Shown one piece after another: positions 11,077 to 20,912 of a DNA stretch of 64,000 nt; position 1 is the first letter of the stretch; every line of letters begins with the position of its first letter. The DNA is from Gemmatales bacterium. Its GTDB lineage: Bacteria; Planctomycetota; Planctomycetia; Gemmatales; HRBIN36. Under the pieces are notes generated by a model. That model saw only the letters and a program-made list of their open reading frames with translations, was not told the origin of the DNA and searched no databases. A program made the position numbers and the translations under genes. The DNA is taken from assembly GCA_041640595.1 (NCBI GenBank), contig JBEPZY010000003.1, positions 1-64,000 of the forward strand, read 5' to 3'.

Positions 11077-12309
11077 CTAAATCGCTCCGGATTGTCTTAG
11101 TCGGCTAAGCTGCTCATCGGAGATGTGGAGCCAGTTTTTCAGGACGGTATCGGTATCCTGACCGAGAGCGGGTGGAAAGCGGAAAGGCGGAATCGTCGCC
11201 CCGTGGATGCGGAACGGTGTATTAAGTAAATCCACTTGACGGCCTTGCGGATCACGGATGCTAACACGCAAGCCGCGAGCCTGGGCTTGCGGGTGAGAAA
11301 ATAGCTGGGCATAATCGAGAACCGGACTGTGAGGCACGTCTGCCGCCGATAATAATTGCTGCCACTGTTGCGTGGTGCGGGAACGCATGAGCGGTTCTAA
11401 GTAATTCAGCAAGTCCCGACGATGGCGGACGCGGTCAGGGTTGGTGCGAAAACGTGGATCATCAGCGAGTTGGGGGCAACCGGCAGCCTGACAGAAACGG
11501 CGCCATTGCTCATCGTTGCCGATGGCCAGCACCAAATAGCCATCCGCAGTATCAAAAAGCTGATAAGGCACGATTTGCAAATGGGCGTTACCCTGGCGTG
11601 GTGGCACCTGGCCGGTAACCAGATACGTCTGAGCAACGTTGACCTGCGCTGCCACCGCACAATCGAGCAGGGAAATGTCTATAGTGTATCCATGTCCACT
11701 TGATTTTCGGGCGTGCAGACAGGCCAGGATAGCGATAGCAGCATAGAGTCCGCCGAGGATATTCGTGATGGCAACGCCAACTTTATAAGGCGGGCCCTCC
11801 GGTGGGCCGGTAATACTCATCAGCCCGCTCATAGCCTGGAGGGCGAAGTCGTAACCCGGGGTGTTGGCGAGTGGCCCGGTTTTGCCGAAACCGGTTATCG
11901 AACACCAGATGAGTTGCGGATTGGTGTGGAAGATCATCTCCGCCGATAGCCCCAGCCGATCTAAACTGGCCGGCAGGAAGTTATCGAGTAAAACGTCGGA
12001 TTGTCGCAGCAGTCGCAGGAAAAGTTCGCGGCCATCGGGGTGCGCAAGATTGACGGTGATGCCGTACTTGTTGCGGTTGCAGGAAAGGAAGTAGGCACTG
12101 AACTCGTGCCAGAAAGGAGGCCCCCAGTGGCGGGTTTCGTCGCCGACGCCCGGCCGTTCTACCTTGACCACCTCCGCACCGAGGTCCCCCAGGATCATGG
12201 AGCAGAATGGCCCGGCCAGGACGCGCGAAATATCGAGAACCCGCACGCCTTGTAAGGGAGCACTACCGTTGCTCTGTGAAGGCAGCGGCGGAAAGTCGCA
12301 AGCAGCCAT
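11077..12309 (-). CDS. CaiB/BaiF family III CoA-transferase
   Basis: PLQGVRVLDISRVLAGP, LGDLGAEVVKVERPGVGD, NRNK, PGYD motifs. Confidence 0.95.
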   Translation of the reverse strand: MAACDFPPLPSQSNGSAPLQGVRVLDISRVLAGPFCSMILGDLGAEVVKVERPGVGDETRHWGPPFWHEFSAYFLSCNRNKYGITVNLAHPDGRELFLRLLRQSDVLLDNFLPASLDRLGLSAEMIFHTNPQLIWCSITGFGKTGPLANTPGYDFALQAMSGLMSITGPPEGPPYKVGVAITNILGGLYAAIAILACLHARKSSGHGYTIDISLLDCAVAAQVNVAQTYLVTGQVPPRQGNAHLQIVPYQLFDTADGYLVLAIGNDEQWRRFCQAAGCPQLADDPRFRTNPDRVRHRRDLLNYLEPLMRSRTTQQWQQLLSAADVPHSPVLDYAQLFSHPQAQARGLRVSIRDPQGRQVDLLNTPFRIHGATIPPFRFPPALGQDTDTVLKNWLHISDEQLSRLRQSGAI

Positions 12310-12421
12310 AAAGCTATTGTAACCGGTGAGAACGAGCTGCCGAGATGCCTCGTATCATTTTCAGCAGACGTCGCCGGAAGCAGAAAACGAGGTGGGCGAC
12401 TAACAGAGTAAGGAGCTAGCC

Positions 12422-13069
12422 ATGAGCGAGATGCAAGCATCGGTGCAAGGGCAGGCTTGCTGCCCGAATCTGGCACTATGGGCAGAAGCACTGGCGGGCG
12501 TGGTTGCATTGGTCGCGGCCGGGGGAAGTGTTTACCTTACGCTGGGGGAACGGCTGATTGCGTGTCCGCTCTGTCTCTACCAGCGGATGGCTGCGATGAG
12601 CGTGGCCATCATTTTGATTGCGGGCTGGCTGTTCGTACAACCGCCGGGGCGAGGGCTGAGCGTGATGGCTTTTCCGCTGAGTGTCTGTGGATTGACAGTG
12701 GCTGCTTTCCATGTGTGGAAAGAATGGTCGGGAGCGATGGTGTGCCCGATGGGTTTGTGGGATGTGGGAACTGCTCCGCAGCAAAGCCTGGCGCTTTTTC
12801 TGACGATAACGGTGCTTTTAGGCGTGAGTATTATCGGCGCCGCAGACCGGACGCTCTGGTGGAACCGTGGCTCAGTGGCGCTGGCGTTGCTGGCAGTGCT
12901 GGGAGTAGTCGTGGCTTTTTCGCTGATCGTTTCCGGACCGCCGCCAAGCGGCCGTGGGGACTACGAAACTCTGCTACAGAAGCGCCGTCAGCATGAGTTG
13001 CAGATTTGCACTCCAGTCGAAAAGGCACGAACCGTGCCCGAACCAACCCGACCGTTGCCAAGCCCCTGA
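12422..13069 (+). CDS. Disulfide bond formation protein B (DsbB/BdbC-like)
   Basis: CPLCLYQR motif after TM1, multiple TM helices; AAGGAG RBS. Confidence 0.8.
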   Translation: MSEMQASVQGQACCPNLALWAEALAGVVALVAAGGSVYLTLGERLIACPLCLYQRMAAMSVAIILIAGWLFVQPPGRGLSVMAFPLSVCGLTVAAFHVWKEWSGAMVCPMGLWDVGTAPQQSLALFLTITVLLGVSIIGAADRTLWWNRGSVALALLAVLGVVVAFSLIVSGPPPSGRGDYETLLQKRRQHELQICTPVEKARTVPEPTRPLPSP

Positions 13070-13391
13070 TTTTCGCTAAATTATCGCGGCAGGAGTGAGC
13101 ATGAAGTCTCAGGGCGAACTTTATCTGCGATCAAGCCAGAAAATGTGCCGGGGCAGGATCGCCATCCTGTCAGCGGTAGCAGTATGTTGGAACGCAGTTG
13201 CGTGGCCTGGTTTTACGTGAGTTTTGCAGCTGTAACGACGGCGTGACCGGTCGAGACAGCCGGTTGGGCGTTCAGGTTTCTTTCAAGCCCTCCTGAATGG
13301 GTCGGCTACGCCAGTGTCATCGGCTGCTGGAAATCCGATCATTTTGCCAGACCGCATCTGCAACGCGCTTTCCCCACAAGGAGAAACAAAC

Positions 13392-14639
13392 ATGGCGAGA
13401 ATCGGACTGATCATGGCGATTTTAGCGGCGTCGGTGGTACTTGCCGGGGAAAAACCGACCAGCCCCCAGCAAGGAGTGGCCCGGTTGATCGTGATTTTGC
13501 CGGCGGAGGCGGTGCTCACGGTGAACGGCCAGGCCACGAAACAGACCGGACCGCAACGGGAATTTGTAACTCCACCTTTACTGTCCGGGCGTGATTACTC
13601 GGCTGTGCTCCATGCCCGCTGGCGGGAAAATGGCCAGGATGCGATAGTCGAGCGCGAGGTGACTTTGCGGGCGGGAGAGACTGTGCGTGTCGTTCTGGAT
13701 AAGGCGAGTGCCAACCGCTCCGAACCGCGTCGGCAACGGGAGTTTCTGTTTACTTACGAAGCCACGCTCACCGGTTTACCACCCGGCAAATTGGCTCGGT
13801 TATGGTTGCCTGTGCCCAGCAGTAATGCCCAGCAGGATGTGACCATCGTCGAACAAAAGCTCCCGCCGCAAGCCAAGGCCCAGATGAATACGGAGGCCAA
13901 ATACGGCAACCGTATCCTGTACGTGGAAGCGCCTGCGGATGGCGAGGGTAAAATCCCGGTCTCGGTCACGTATCGTGTCCTGCGTCGGGAAGCACGGGGC
14001 GACGAAGAGGGTCGGGAGGCAAACGAAGGCTTGATTCGTCTCTTTCTGGGTGCCGATAGCCGGGTGCCGGTGGGTGGCAAAGCTCTTCGTTTGCTGGAAG
14101 GCAAACCGTTACCCACCGATCAACTGAAACTCGCCCGCATGCTCTACGACACCGTCAACGAGCACATGGTCTATAGCAAAAAGGGAACCGGTTGGGGCCA
14201 GGGAGATGCGGAATGGGCCTGCGACAACGGCTACGGCAACTGTACGGATTTTCACAGTCTGTTTATCGCTCTGGCTCGGGCGCAGGGAATTCCAGCCCGC
14301 TTCGAGATCGGCTTTCCGCTGCCAGAAGAACGCGGCGAGGGCGAGGTGCCCGGTTATCATTGCTGGGCTTGGTTCAAGCTGAAAGGACGTGGCTGGATTC
14401 CCGTGGATATTTCCGAGGCGAATAAGGTGAAAAACACCCGTCCGGAGATGGTGGAGTATTATTTCGGGAACCTCACGCCGGATCGGGTCGCTTTTAGCGT
14501 TGGCCGGGACATCCAACTTGTGCCGCCACAGTCGGGCCCGCCGCTCAACTTTTTCATTTACCCGTATGCCGAAGTGGATGGCCGACCGCTCGACGCCACG
14601 CAGATACAACGCAAATTCCGCTACAAAGACCTGCGGTGA
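13392..14639 (+). CDS. TIGR03000 domain + transglutaminase-like secreted protein
   Basis: Signal peptide; TKQTGPQREFVTPPL (TIGR03000-like); catalytic triad GNCTDF / YHCWA / PVD; AAGGAG RBS before ATG 13392. Confidence 0.88.
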   Translation: MARIGLIMAILAASVVLAGEKPTSPQQGVARLIVILPAEAVLTVNGQATKQTGPQREFVTPPLLSGRDYSAVLHARWRENGQDAIVEREVTLRAGETVRVVLDKASANRSEPRRQREFLFTYEATLTGLPPGKLARLWLPVPSSNAQQDVTIVEQKLPPQAKAQMNTEAKYGNRILYVEAPADGEGKIPVSVTYRVLRREARGDEEGREANEGLIRLFLGADSRVPVGGKALRLLEGKPLPTDQLKLARMLYDTVNEHMVYSKKGTGWGQGDAEWACDNGYGNCTDFHSLFIALARAQGIPARFEIGFPLPEERGEGEVPGYHCWAWFKLKGRGWIPVDISEANKVKNTRPEMVEYYFGNLTPDRVAFSVGRDIQLVPPQSGPPLNFFIYPYAEVDGRPLDATQIQRKFRYKDLR

Positions 14640-14808
14640 AAAACGGCGTCAGCTGACGCGTGCCGCACATCGCCAGCACTGCGATCTGCACGCGGGTTGC
14701 CATAGTGTTGTTCGCGGGATAACACAAATAATAGGGCTTGGCCGAGCATCCCGCCTGACGAAAAACTTGTCCCCGCCGAAATTGTCAAAGTAAACGGAGG
14801 AAACGTCC

Positions 14809-15840
14809 ATGTGGGCACGCAAGCTGGTGTTGGTGGCATCAGGGGCATTCCTGTTGCTGGGAGTGGCTTTCTTTGCCCGGGAGGCGGAACCGACCGGCTT
14901 GAAGATGACCGAGGCCGCTCAGCGGTTCCTCAACACGCTCTCGCCGGAACTGCGCAAAAAAGCCACTTTCGCTTTCGACGATCCGGAGCGGTTCAACTGG
15001 CATTTCGTACCGCTGGAGAAAGACCGCAAGCCGACCCGCAAAGGTGTGGCATTGTTCGAGATGAACGAGGCGCAGAAAGAAGCGGCTCGTGAGTTGCTGC
15101 GTTCGGCCGTGAGTGCCGAAGGTTACCAGACGGCGATCACCATCATGAGCCTGGAAGCGATCCTGCACGAACTGGAGCAGGGCAAAGGGCCGACTCGCGA
15201 TCCGCAGTGGTACTTTTTCACGGTGTTCGGCGAACCGTCGCGCAATGGTGAATGGGGCTGGCGAGTCGAGGGGCATCATCTGTCCCTGAACTTTACCGTC
15301 TCCAAAGGGGAAGTGGTCAGTTCCACGCCAGCCTTCTGGGGAGCGAATCCGGCCACTGTTCTGTCCGGGCCAAAGAAAGGGCTGCGGACGATTCCGGATC
15401 ATGACGATCTGGCCCGTGAATTGTTCGCCTCTTTGGATGAACAGCAGCGGAAAATCGCGTATCAACCAAAGCAATTTCCGGAAGTGCAGGCTCGCAACAA
15501 AGCCGCCAGTGTGGGTCAGCCGGTGGGGTTACCCGCAGCGCAGATGCGACCGGAGCAGAAGGAGATTCTCCGGAAGCTGCTGGATGCCTATCTGCGGAAG
15601 TTGCTCCCTCAAGTCGCCGAAGCCGAAAAACGCCGACTCGAAGCGGCCGGTTTTGACCGTATTCATTTCGCCTACGCCGGCGGCACGGAACCCCGTCAGC
15701 CGCGAACCTATCGCATCCAGGGGCCGACTTTCCTGGTCGAGTTCCTGAACGTGCAGCCCGATTCTGCACGGAACCCGGCCAATCACATTCACAGTGTCTG
15801 GCGCAGCCTGCCGGGCGATTTCGGTCTGGCCGCGAAATAA
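14809..15840 (+). CDS. DUF3500 domain protein
   Basis: WGWRVEGHHLSLNFT, YRIQGPTFLVEF, NHIHSVWR motifs; GGAGG RBS. Confidence 0.88.
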   Translation: MWARKLVLVASGAFLLLGVAFFAREAEPTGLKMTEAAQRFLNTLSPELRKKATFAFDDPERFNWHFVPLEKDRKPTRKGVALFEMNEAQKEAARELLRSAVSAEGYQTAITIMSLEAILHELEQGKGPTRDPQWYFFTVFGEPSRNGEWGWRVEGHHLSLNFTVSKGEVVSSTPAFWGANPATVLSGPKKGLRTIPDHDDLARELFASLDEQQRKIAYQPKQFPEVQARNKAASVGQPVGLPAAQMRPEQKEILRKLLDAYLRKLLPQVAEAEKRRLEAAGFDRIHFAYAGGTEPRQPRTYRIQGPTFLVEFLNVQPDSARNPANHIHSVWRSLPGDFGLAAK

Positions 15841-16131
15841 GCCAAGCCCGATTCCGGAAGGCGACCATAGCCGCAAGCACGCTCACCAGCGAGAGCGGCG
15901 GATGGCAGCCTGCCTGAGAACGATACGGTAAACCCTGCACCTAGTGCGGAAGCGTTGCATTCCGCGACGCTACTTTCCGCCCCTTCGTCTGCGGTGGAGC
16001 CAGTTTCCCGCATAAGTTTCTGCCGATTGGCGTTGGCGCTGTACAATCGTCTAAGGCGATGCCTCGCAAAACGGCATCGGCAACCATGTCTGTGCGCTGG
16101 GCTGGTAGCGGTAATGTGCCGGGATCAGGCC

Positions 16132-16319
16132 CACTGCCGCTCTGACCGATCGAACTGCCGCGACGTCTGAGCGGACTGGTCAGTTCAACGCTGACCTTGT
16201 GGGTACATTGCCGCGCTGATCGGCCGAACCGCTGCGACTCCTGGGGTCGGCGTGACGGTGGCAAGACGGTCAGGGCAGACTGCCACCATGATCGAATGGT
16301 CGGCCGAACCGCTGCGACT
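16132..16319. repeat. Three imperfect direct repeats, period 74-80 nt, upstream of purH
   Basis: TCGGCCGAACCGCTGCGACT is identical at 16220-16239 and 16300-16319; a degenerate copy lies at 16132-16164. Confidence 0.7.
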
Positions 16320-16443
16320 TTCCCGGTGACCAGCGCGGAGAATAGAGCGGAGACAGAATCGCCAGGGCCAGATGATCACGCGGTAACCGTCGGTGCTGCG
16401 AGGAGAACCACCTGGGCCTGGCCAATTCGGTGGAAGCGTCAAC

Positions 16444-18027
16444 ATGAAGGACGGACTGCACATCATTCGGCGAGCTTTGCTGAGCGTGAGCGACAAACTG
16501 GGGCTGGTGACTTTCGCCCAGGGTTTGCATCAGCTGGGCGTGGAACTGATTTCGACAGGGGGCACCTACCGGGTACTCAAAGAAGCTGGCTTACCTGTGC
16601 GCGAAGTGGCTGAGGTAACCGGTTTTCCGGAGATTCTCGATGGTCGGGTCAAAACGCTGCACCCGCATATCCACGCAGCGATACTGGCCCGGCGAGACAA
16701 ACCGGAACACTTGCAGACACTCCAGCGGCTGGGCATTGCTCCGCTCGATATGGTCGTGTGCAACCTGTATCCGTTTGAAGCGGTGGTTGAGCGGCCCGGG
16801 AGCAGCCATGAGGAAATCATTGAGAACATAGACATCGGCGGGCCCACACTGGTGCGAGCGGCGGCCAAGAATTACGCCGCGGTCGCAGTGGTAACCGATC
16901 CTGCCCAGTATGCGGCCGTGCTGGACGAAATGCAGAAGCACGACGGGGCACTCAGCTTCGCTACCCGCGAACAATTGGCCGCTGCTGCCTGGGAACGCAT
17001 TGCCGCTTACGACGAGGCAATCACCGCCTATTTCGGTCGCCTGCTCGAGCATGAAACATTCCCGCAGCATCTGCATCTCCACTTCCAGCGACGGCAGGTA
17101 CTTCGGTACGGCGAAAATCCGCATCAGCAAGCGGCGTTTTACATTGAACCGGGATTTGCCGGCGTCTCCGTTGCCACTTCGCAGGTGCTGCATGGCAAGG
17201 AGTTGTCGTTCAATAACATCCTCGACCTGGACAGTGCCCTGGGACTGGTGCGGGAATTCGATGAGCCAGCCGTGGTGGTTATCAAGCACAATAATCCCTG
17301 CGGTGCTGCCAGTGCCAGCGAACTGGCCGAGGCTTGCCGACTGGCGCTGACAGGCGATCCGATGAGTGCGTATGGCGGTGTGGTGGGGTGCAATCGGGTG
17401 GTGGATGCGACGACCGCGCAACTGCTTACCGAGCCGGGGCAATTCCTGGAGGCGATCATTGCTCCCGATTTTGAGCCGGAAGCGCTGCAGATCTTGACGC
17501 AGCGACCGAAATGGGGAGCGAACGTGCGTTTGCTGCGTGCGGGCAAGCTGCAGGAGAATGGCCAGCGCTCCCCCTACGATTACCGCCATGTCGAAGGCGG
17601 TTTGCTCATGCAGAGCCGGGACCTCAAACGCGACGATTTGCTGACCGCCCGTGTGGTGAGCCAGCGGCAACCCACCGAGGCCGAGTGGAACGATCTCCGC
17701 TTTGCCTGGCTGGTGGTCAAGCATGTCAAGAGTAATGCCATCGTCATTGCCAAAGCCCGACAGGTGGTGGGCGTTGGCGCCGGGCAAATGAGCCGCGTGG
17801 ATGCCGTGAAAATTGCCGTGTCCAAAGCGGGGGAACGTGCCCGAGGCGCCGTGCTGGCTTCGGATGCTTTCTTCCCGTTCCGCGACAACGTGGACGAGGC
17901 AGCTCGGGCCGGCATCACCGCCATCGTTCAGCCCGGCGGTTCCATTCGTGATCGCGAGGTCATTCAGGCTTGCGACGAATACAACATCGCTCTGGTGCAC
18001 ACGGGAGTGCGGCATTTCCGCCATTGA
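16444..18027 (+). CDS. purH: Bifunctional AICAR transformylase/IMP cyclohydrolase
   Basis: RRALLSVSDK, GRVKTLHP, ENIDIGGP, LRYGENPHQ, KHNNPCG, ASDAFFPF, RHFRH. Confidence 0.98.
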   Translation: MKDGLHIIRRALLSVSDKLGLVTFAQGLHQLGVELISTGGTYRVLKEAGLPVREVAEVTGFPEILDGRVKTLHPHIHAAILARRDKPEHLQTLQRLGIAPLDMVVCNLYPFEAVVERPGSSHEEIIENIDIGGPTLVRAAAKNYAAVAVVTDPAQYAAVLDEMQKHDGALSFATREQLAAAAWERIAAYDEAITAYFGRLLEHETFPQHLHLHFQRRQVLRYGENPHQQAAFYIEPGFAGVSVATSQVLHGKELSFNNILDLDSALGLVREFDEPAVVVIKHNNPCGAASASELAEACRLALTGDPMSAYGGVVGCNRVVDATTAQLLTEPGQFLEAIIAPDFEPEALQILTQRPKWGANVRLLRAGKLQENGQRSPYDYRHVEGGLLMQSRDLKRDDLLTARVVSQRQPTEAEWNDLRFAWLVVKHVKSNAIVIAKARQVVGVGAGQMSRVDAVKIAVSKAGERARGAVLASDAFFPFRDNVDEAARAGITAIVQPGGSIRDREVIQACDEYNIALVHTGVRHFRH

Positions 18028-18042
18028 CAGTGGCTCTACACT

Positions 18043-18067
18043 GAGCCGGGGGCGTCAGCTCCCGGTG
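18043..18067 (+). repeat. Solo REP-like hairpin
   Basis: GAGCCGGGGGCGTCAGCTCCCGGTG, a variant of the GCGGCGGGCGTCAGCCCGCCG family, between purH and the MoxR gene. Confidence 0.55.
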
Positions 18068-18095
18068 TCTGCCGGGACTGGGGAGACTGCTGGCC

Positions 18096-19079
18096 GTGGA
18101 TGATACCGATCGGGCAAAGCAACTGGCCAGTGCACGCGAGCAGGTCGCGGCGTTGTTGGCCGAATTGCATCGCGTCATCGTTGGGCAGGAGGCATTTCTG
18201 GAAGGGTTGCTGCTGGGGTTGCTCTGCGGCGGACATGTGCTGGTGGAAGGTGTTCCGGGGCTGGCGAAAACACTGGCAGTGCGCACCTTAGCTGCCGCAC
18301 TTCAGATTTCCTTCAGCCGCATCCAGTTCACTCCCGATTTACTCCCGGCGGATATTCTGGGCACGCAAATCTACCAGCCGCGTACCGGCGAGTTTTTCGT
18401 TCGCAAAGGGCCGATCTTTGCTTCCGTTGTGCTGGCGGATGAAATCAACCGTGCCCCGGCCAAAGTGCAAAGCGCTTTGTTGCAGGCCATGCAGGAACGC
18501 CAGGTGACCATCGGCGAGGAAACCTTCCCGCTGCCGAAACCGTTTTTCGTCCTGGCCACGCAAAACCCGATCGAACAGGAAGGGACATATCCTTTGCCCG
18601 AGGCGCAGACGGATCGCTTTCTGTTGAAATTGCTGCTGAGTTATCCCAGCCGCGACGAGGAATTGCAGATTCTGGAGCGCATGGCTCACATCGAACCGCC
18701 TTTGTCGGTGCAACCGATACTGAGCGGCGAGCAAATTCTGCAACTGCAACGCTGTGTGGAGCTGGTTTACCTGGATGCCCGGCTGAAACGCTACATCGTG
18801 GACCTGGTACAGGCGACACGCCAGCCGCAGCAGTACGGCCTGGATTTACAGCCGTTGATTCAATACGGTGCCAGCCCGCGGGGAACGATCGGCCTGGCGT
18901 TGACCGCCAGGGCCAAGGCGTTGCTGGCCGGTCGTGATTACGTGCTTCCCACCGACATCCATGCCGTTGCCCCATTGGTGTTGCGCCATCGCATCCTGCT
19001 CAGTTACGAGGCGGAAGCCCAGAACTGGACGCCTGACCGAATTATCGCTCAGTTGCTCGACCGCCTGCCGATTCCCTGA
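18096..19079 (+). CDS. MoxR family AAA+ ATPase
   Basis: GHVLVEGVPGLAKT, RIQFTPDLLPAD, LADEINRAPAKVQSALL, ATQNPIEQEGTYPLPEAQTDRF. Confidence 0.96.
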   Translation: MDDTDRAKQLASAREQVAALLAELHRVIVGQEAFLEGLLLGLLCGGHVLVEGVPGLAKTLAVRTLAAALQISFSRIQFTPDLLPADILGTQIYQPRTGEFFVRKGPIFASVVLADEINRAPAKVQSALLQAMQERQVTIGEETFPLPKPFFVLATQNPIEQEGTYPLPEAQTDRFLLKLLLSYPSRDEELQILERMAHIEPPLSVQPILSGEQILQLQRCVELVYLDARLKRYIVDLVQATRQPQQYGLDLQPLIQYGASPRGTIGLALTARAKALLAGRDYVLPTDIHAVAPLVLRHRILLSYEAEAQNWTPDRIIAQLLDRLPIP

Positions 19080-19185
19080 CGGCCGATTGCTGGTTGGGAG
19101 CAATCCGAAAACGAGCCGGTGGGGAAAATCGTCAGGCAGCTGTGTCGCGGCGGGCAGACCACCGATGGAACCTGGCGGCTGGTTT

Positions 19186-19578
19186 TCAGGTGTCTGTTGA
19201 AAGCGGGCCAACTCGAATTGCACGATCGGCAGGAGCTTCTGGCTGGCCGCTAATCGTAAGCCGAAGCGTCGCCAATTCCTGCCGTCGATCCAGTCGCCGC
19301 AATATCCCTTCCGGTACCTGGGTGAAGGGAGCCGCCAGCGTCAGAACCCAGAACAGCGTCAGATCACGGAGCAGTTCCGGCAAGGCGTCGCAGCGTTCGA
19401 TTTGCGCCAGGGAATATCCGCGTGCAGTCAGGGCGCTGGTCAGATCGCGCCACGCCGATTGCCGCGCATAATCGAGGATGAGTTCCCAGGAGTTCGGCCA
19501 ATCGTCGGCACTGCGGCGCAGGATCATGGCCGCCAGCTGTCGAATTTGCGATCGCTGTTCGGGGAAAGGCACGCTCAT
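19186..19578 (-). CDS. Small helical protein, putative head-completion/connector (Mu gp36-like by position)
   Basis: 130 aa, GAGGGAG RBS, directly downstream of the major capsid gene; loose resemblance to gp36/DUF1320 (A..D...L..RGY...P.LL.D..L.W). Confidence 0.55.
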   Translation of the reverse strand: MSVPFPEQRSQIRQLAAMILRRSADDWPNSWELILDYARQSAWRDLTSALTARGYSLAQIERCDALPELLRDLTLFWVLTLAAPFTQVPEGILRRLDRRQELATLRLTISGQPEAPADRAIRVGPLSTDT

Positions 19579-19594
19579 TCGTCATCTCCCTCAT

Positions 19595-19845
19595 AAGAGC
19601 GGCGGGCGTTAGCCCACCGTGGTCGTTACCGCGAATCAAGAGCGGCAGGCGTCCGCCCACCGTGGTCGTTACCGCATCTCAAGAGCGGCGGGCGTCCGCC
19701 CGCCGTGGCTGTTACCGCGAATCAAGAGCGGCGGGCGTCAGCCCACCGTGGTCGTTACCGCATCTCAAGAGCGGCAGGCGTCCGCCCACCATGTCCATCA
19801 CCGTAAAGCAAAAGCGCCAGACATCAGCCCACCGTGTTATTCCGC
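19595..19845. repeat. Tandem array of six 43-nt REP-containing units
   Basis: Units start at 19595, 19638, 19681, 19724, 19767 and (degenerate) 19810; consensus AAGAGCGGCGGGCGTCAGCCCACCGTGGTCGTTACCGCGAATC. Confidence 0.95.
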
Positions 19846-19865
19846 TATCCTGCAACGCAGACCGG

Positions 19866-20819
19866 CTATTCATTCAAAAACGCACTGACGAGCAACTCCG
19901 CGGCGTTGCGGTAGGGATTGCCGACCAGGTGTCCGCTACCATCGGGGATGCTGTCCTGCACCAGAATTTGCCGCAGCAACGGCGCCAGGGCTGTCGAACA
20001 CACCAGCGTGCACACGCTGGGCGAAAGCGTCAGAGCTTCGTGGACATATTCCGGTTCATCGCTGGCCAGGGTTGTCGGCAGGCGGAAGGATCGCAGTTCC
20101 GTTTCGGCCTGCGTGAGAGCGGCGACGAGTTCGGCAGCCGTCGGCGTATGCTGGATGCGCACGCAGATCGCGTCCCACCAGTATCCGAAAGCCGCTGCGC
20201 CTTCTCCATCCACCCAGAAGCTGACGACTTTTTGCAGCAGAGCTTCGCGGCTGTCGGCATTGTCGCGGAGGACGAACGGCTTGCGATTCTGCCAGATCAT
20301 GGGCATGACCGGCCCGCGATGGACGAGCAGGATGAATTGATGACGCTGGCCGTCTCCGCTTGCGGAAGTGTATTCCAGCAAATTGCGGCCGCTTCCGAGA
20401 TTGTGCGAGGTGGCGAAAAACGGCGAACCGTCGAAACAGCTTAGCGTTCGTCCCTGTGCCAGTGTGCGCAAGACTGCCCGGCCGGGAAATTGTCGCGCTT
20501 TTTCTCCGAGTTGTCGGGCTTTGAGCAGGTAACCGCCGGTCTGGTCGTCTTCGATGTCCCGAAGCGGCACCTGAAAAGCACCGTCGAATTCGCGGTTCTC
20601 GACGCGATAGTCCACAACGTCAATGCGAGCAAAGCGGCGATGCCCGGCGTAGGCTTGTATTCCTGGGGGTGGTGCTAGCCAGGCGTAATGTTCTATCCGG
20701 GCACGCGAATCGAGGATAGTTGTAAAGCGTTGCCACGCCGGTGGACTGCTTCCTTCGGGAGGATTGTACCCGGCAACAAATTCTGCACGCATGGCTGTGG
20801 TGAAGAGATCTACCTGCAT
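19866..20819 (-). CDS. Mu-like prophage major head subunit (gpT family, HK97 fold inferred)
   Basis: EHYAWL..PP, YRVENREFDG, RDIEDDQTG.Y, CFDGSPFFATSH match Mu gpT-family motifs; AGGAGG RBS before ATG 20819; 317 aa. Confidence 0.9.
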   Translation of the reverse strand: MQVDLFTTAMRAEFVAGYNPPEGSSPPAWQRFTTILDSRARIEHYAWLAPPPGIQAYAGHRRFARIDVVDYRVENREFDGAFQVPLRDIEDDQTGGYLLKARQLGEKARQFPGRAVLRTLAQGRTLSCFDGSPFFATSHNLGSGRNLLEYTSASGDGQRHQFILLVHRGPVMPMIWQNRKPFVLRDNADSREALLQKVVSFWVDGEGAAAFGYWWDAICVRIQHTPTAAELVAALTQAETELRSFRLPTTLASDEPEYVHEALTLSPSVCTLVCSTALAPLLRQILVQDSIPDGSGHLVGNPYRNAAELLVSAFLNE

Positions 20820-20912
20820 CGCTGTTCCTCCTGTGTTGCTGGTGGTGCTGACGAAGCTGACCACACCGATGGCCCGGCAAGTGTCTGGCCAGGCGTTACA
20901 TCGAGCCGAGCG

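Noticed and set aside
16240..16420. ZTP (pfl) riboswitch upstream of purH
   Set aside because: Fragments resemble the motif (CGTGACGGTG; ACCACCTGGGC), but I could not build the P1 and P3 stems; an Rfam search is needed.
19595..19845. CRISPR array
   Set aside because: Inter-hairpin segments are near-identical rather than unique spacers, and the unit is the REP found elsewhere in the window.
19866..20819. Encapsulin shell gene
   Set aside because: Motifs are Mu gpT-like and it is accompanied by portal and protease genes, not cargo enzymes.
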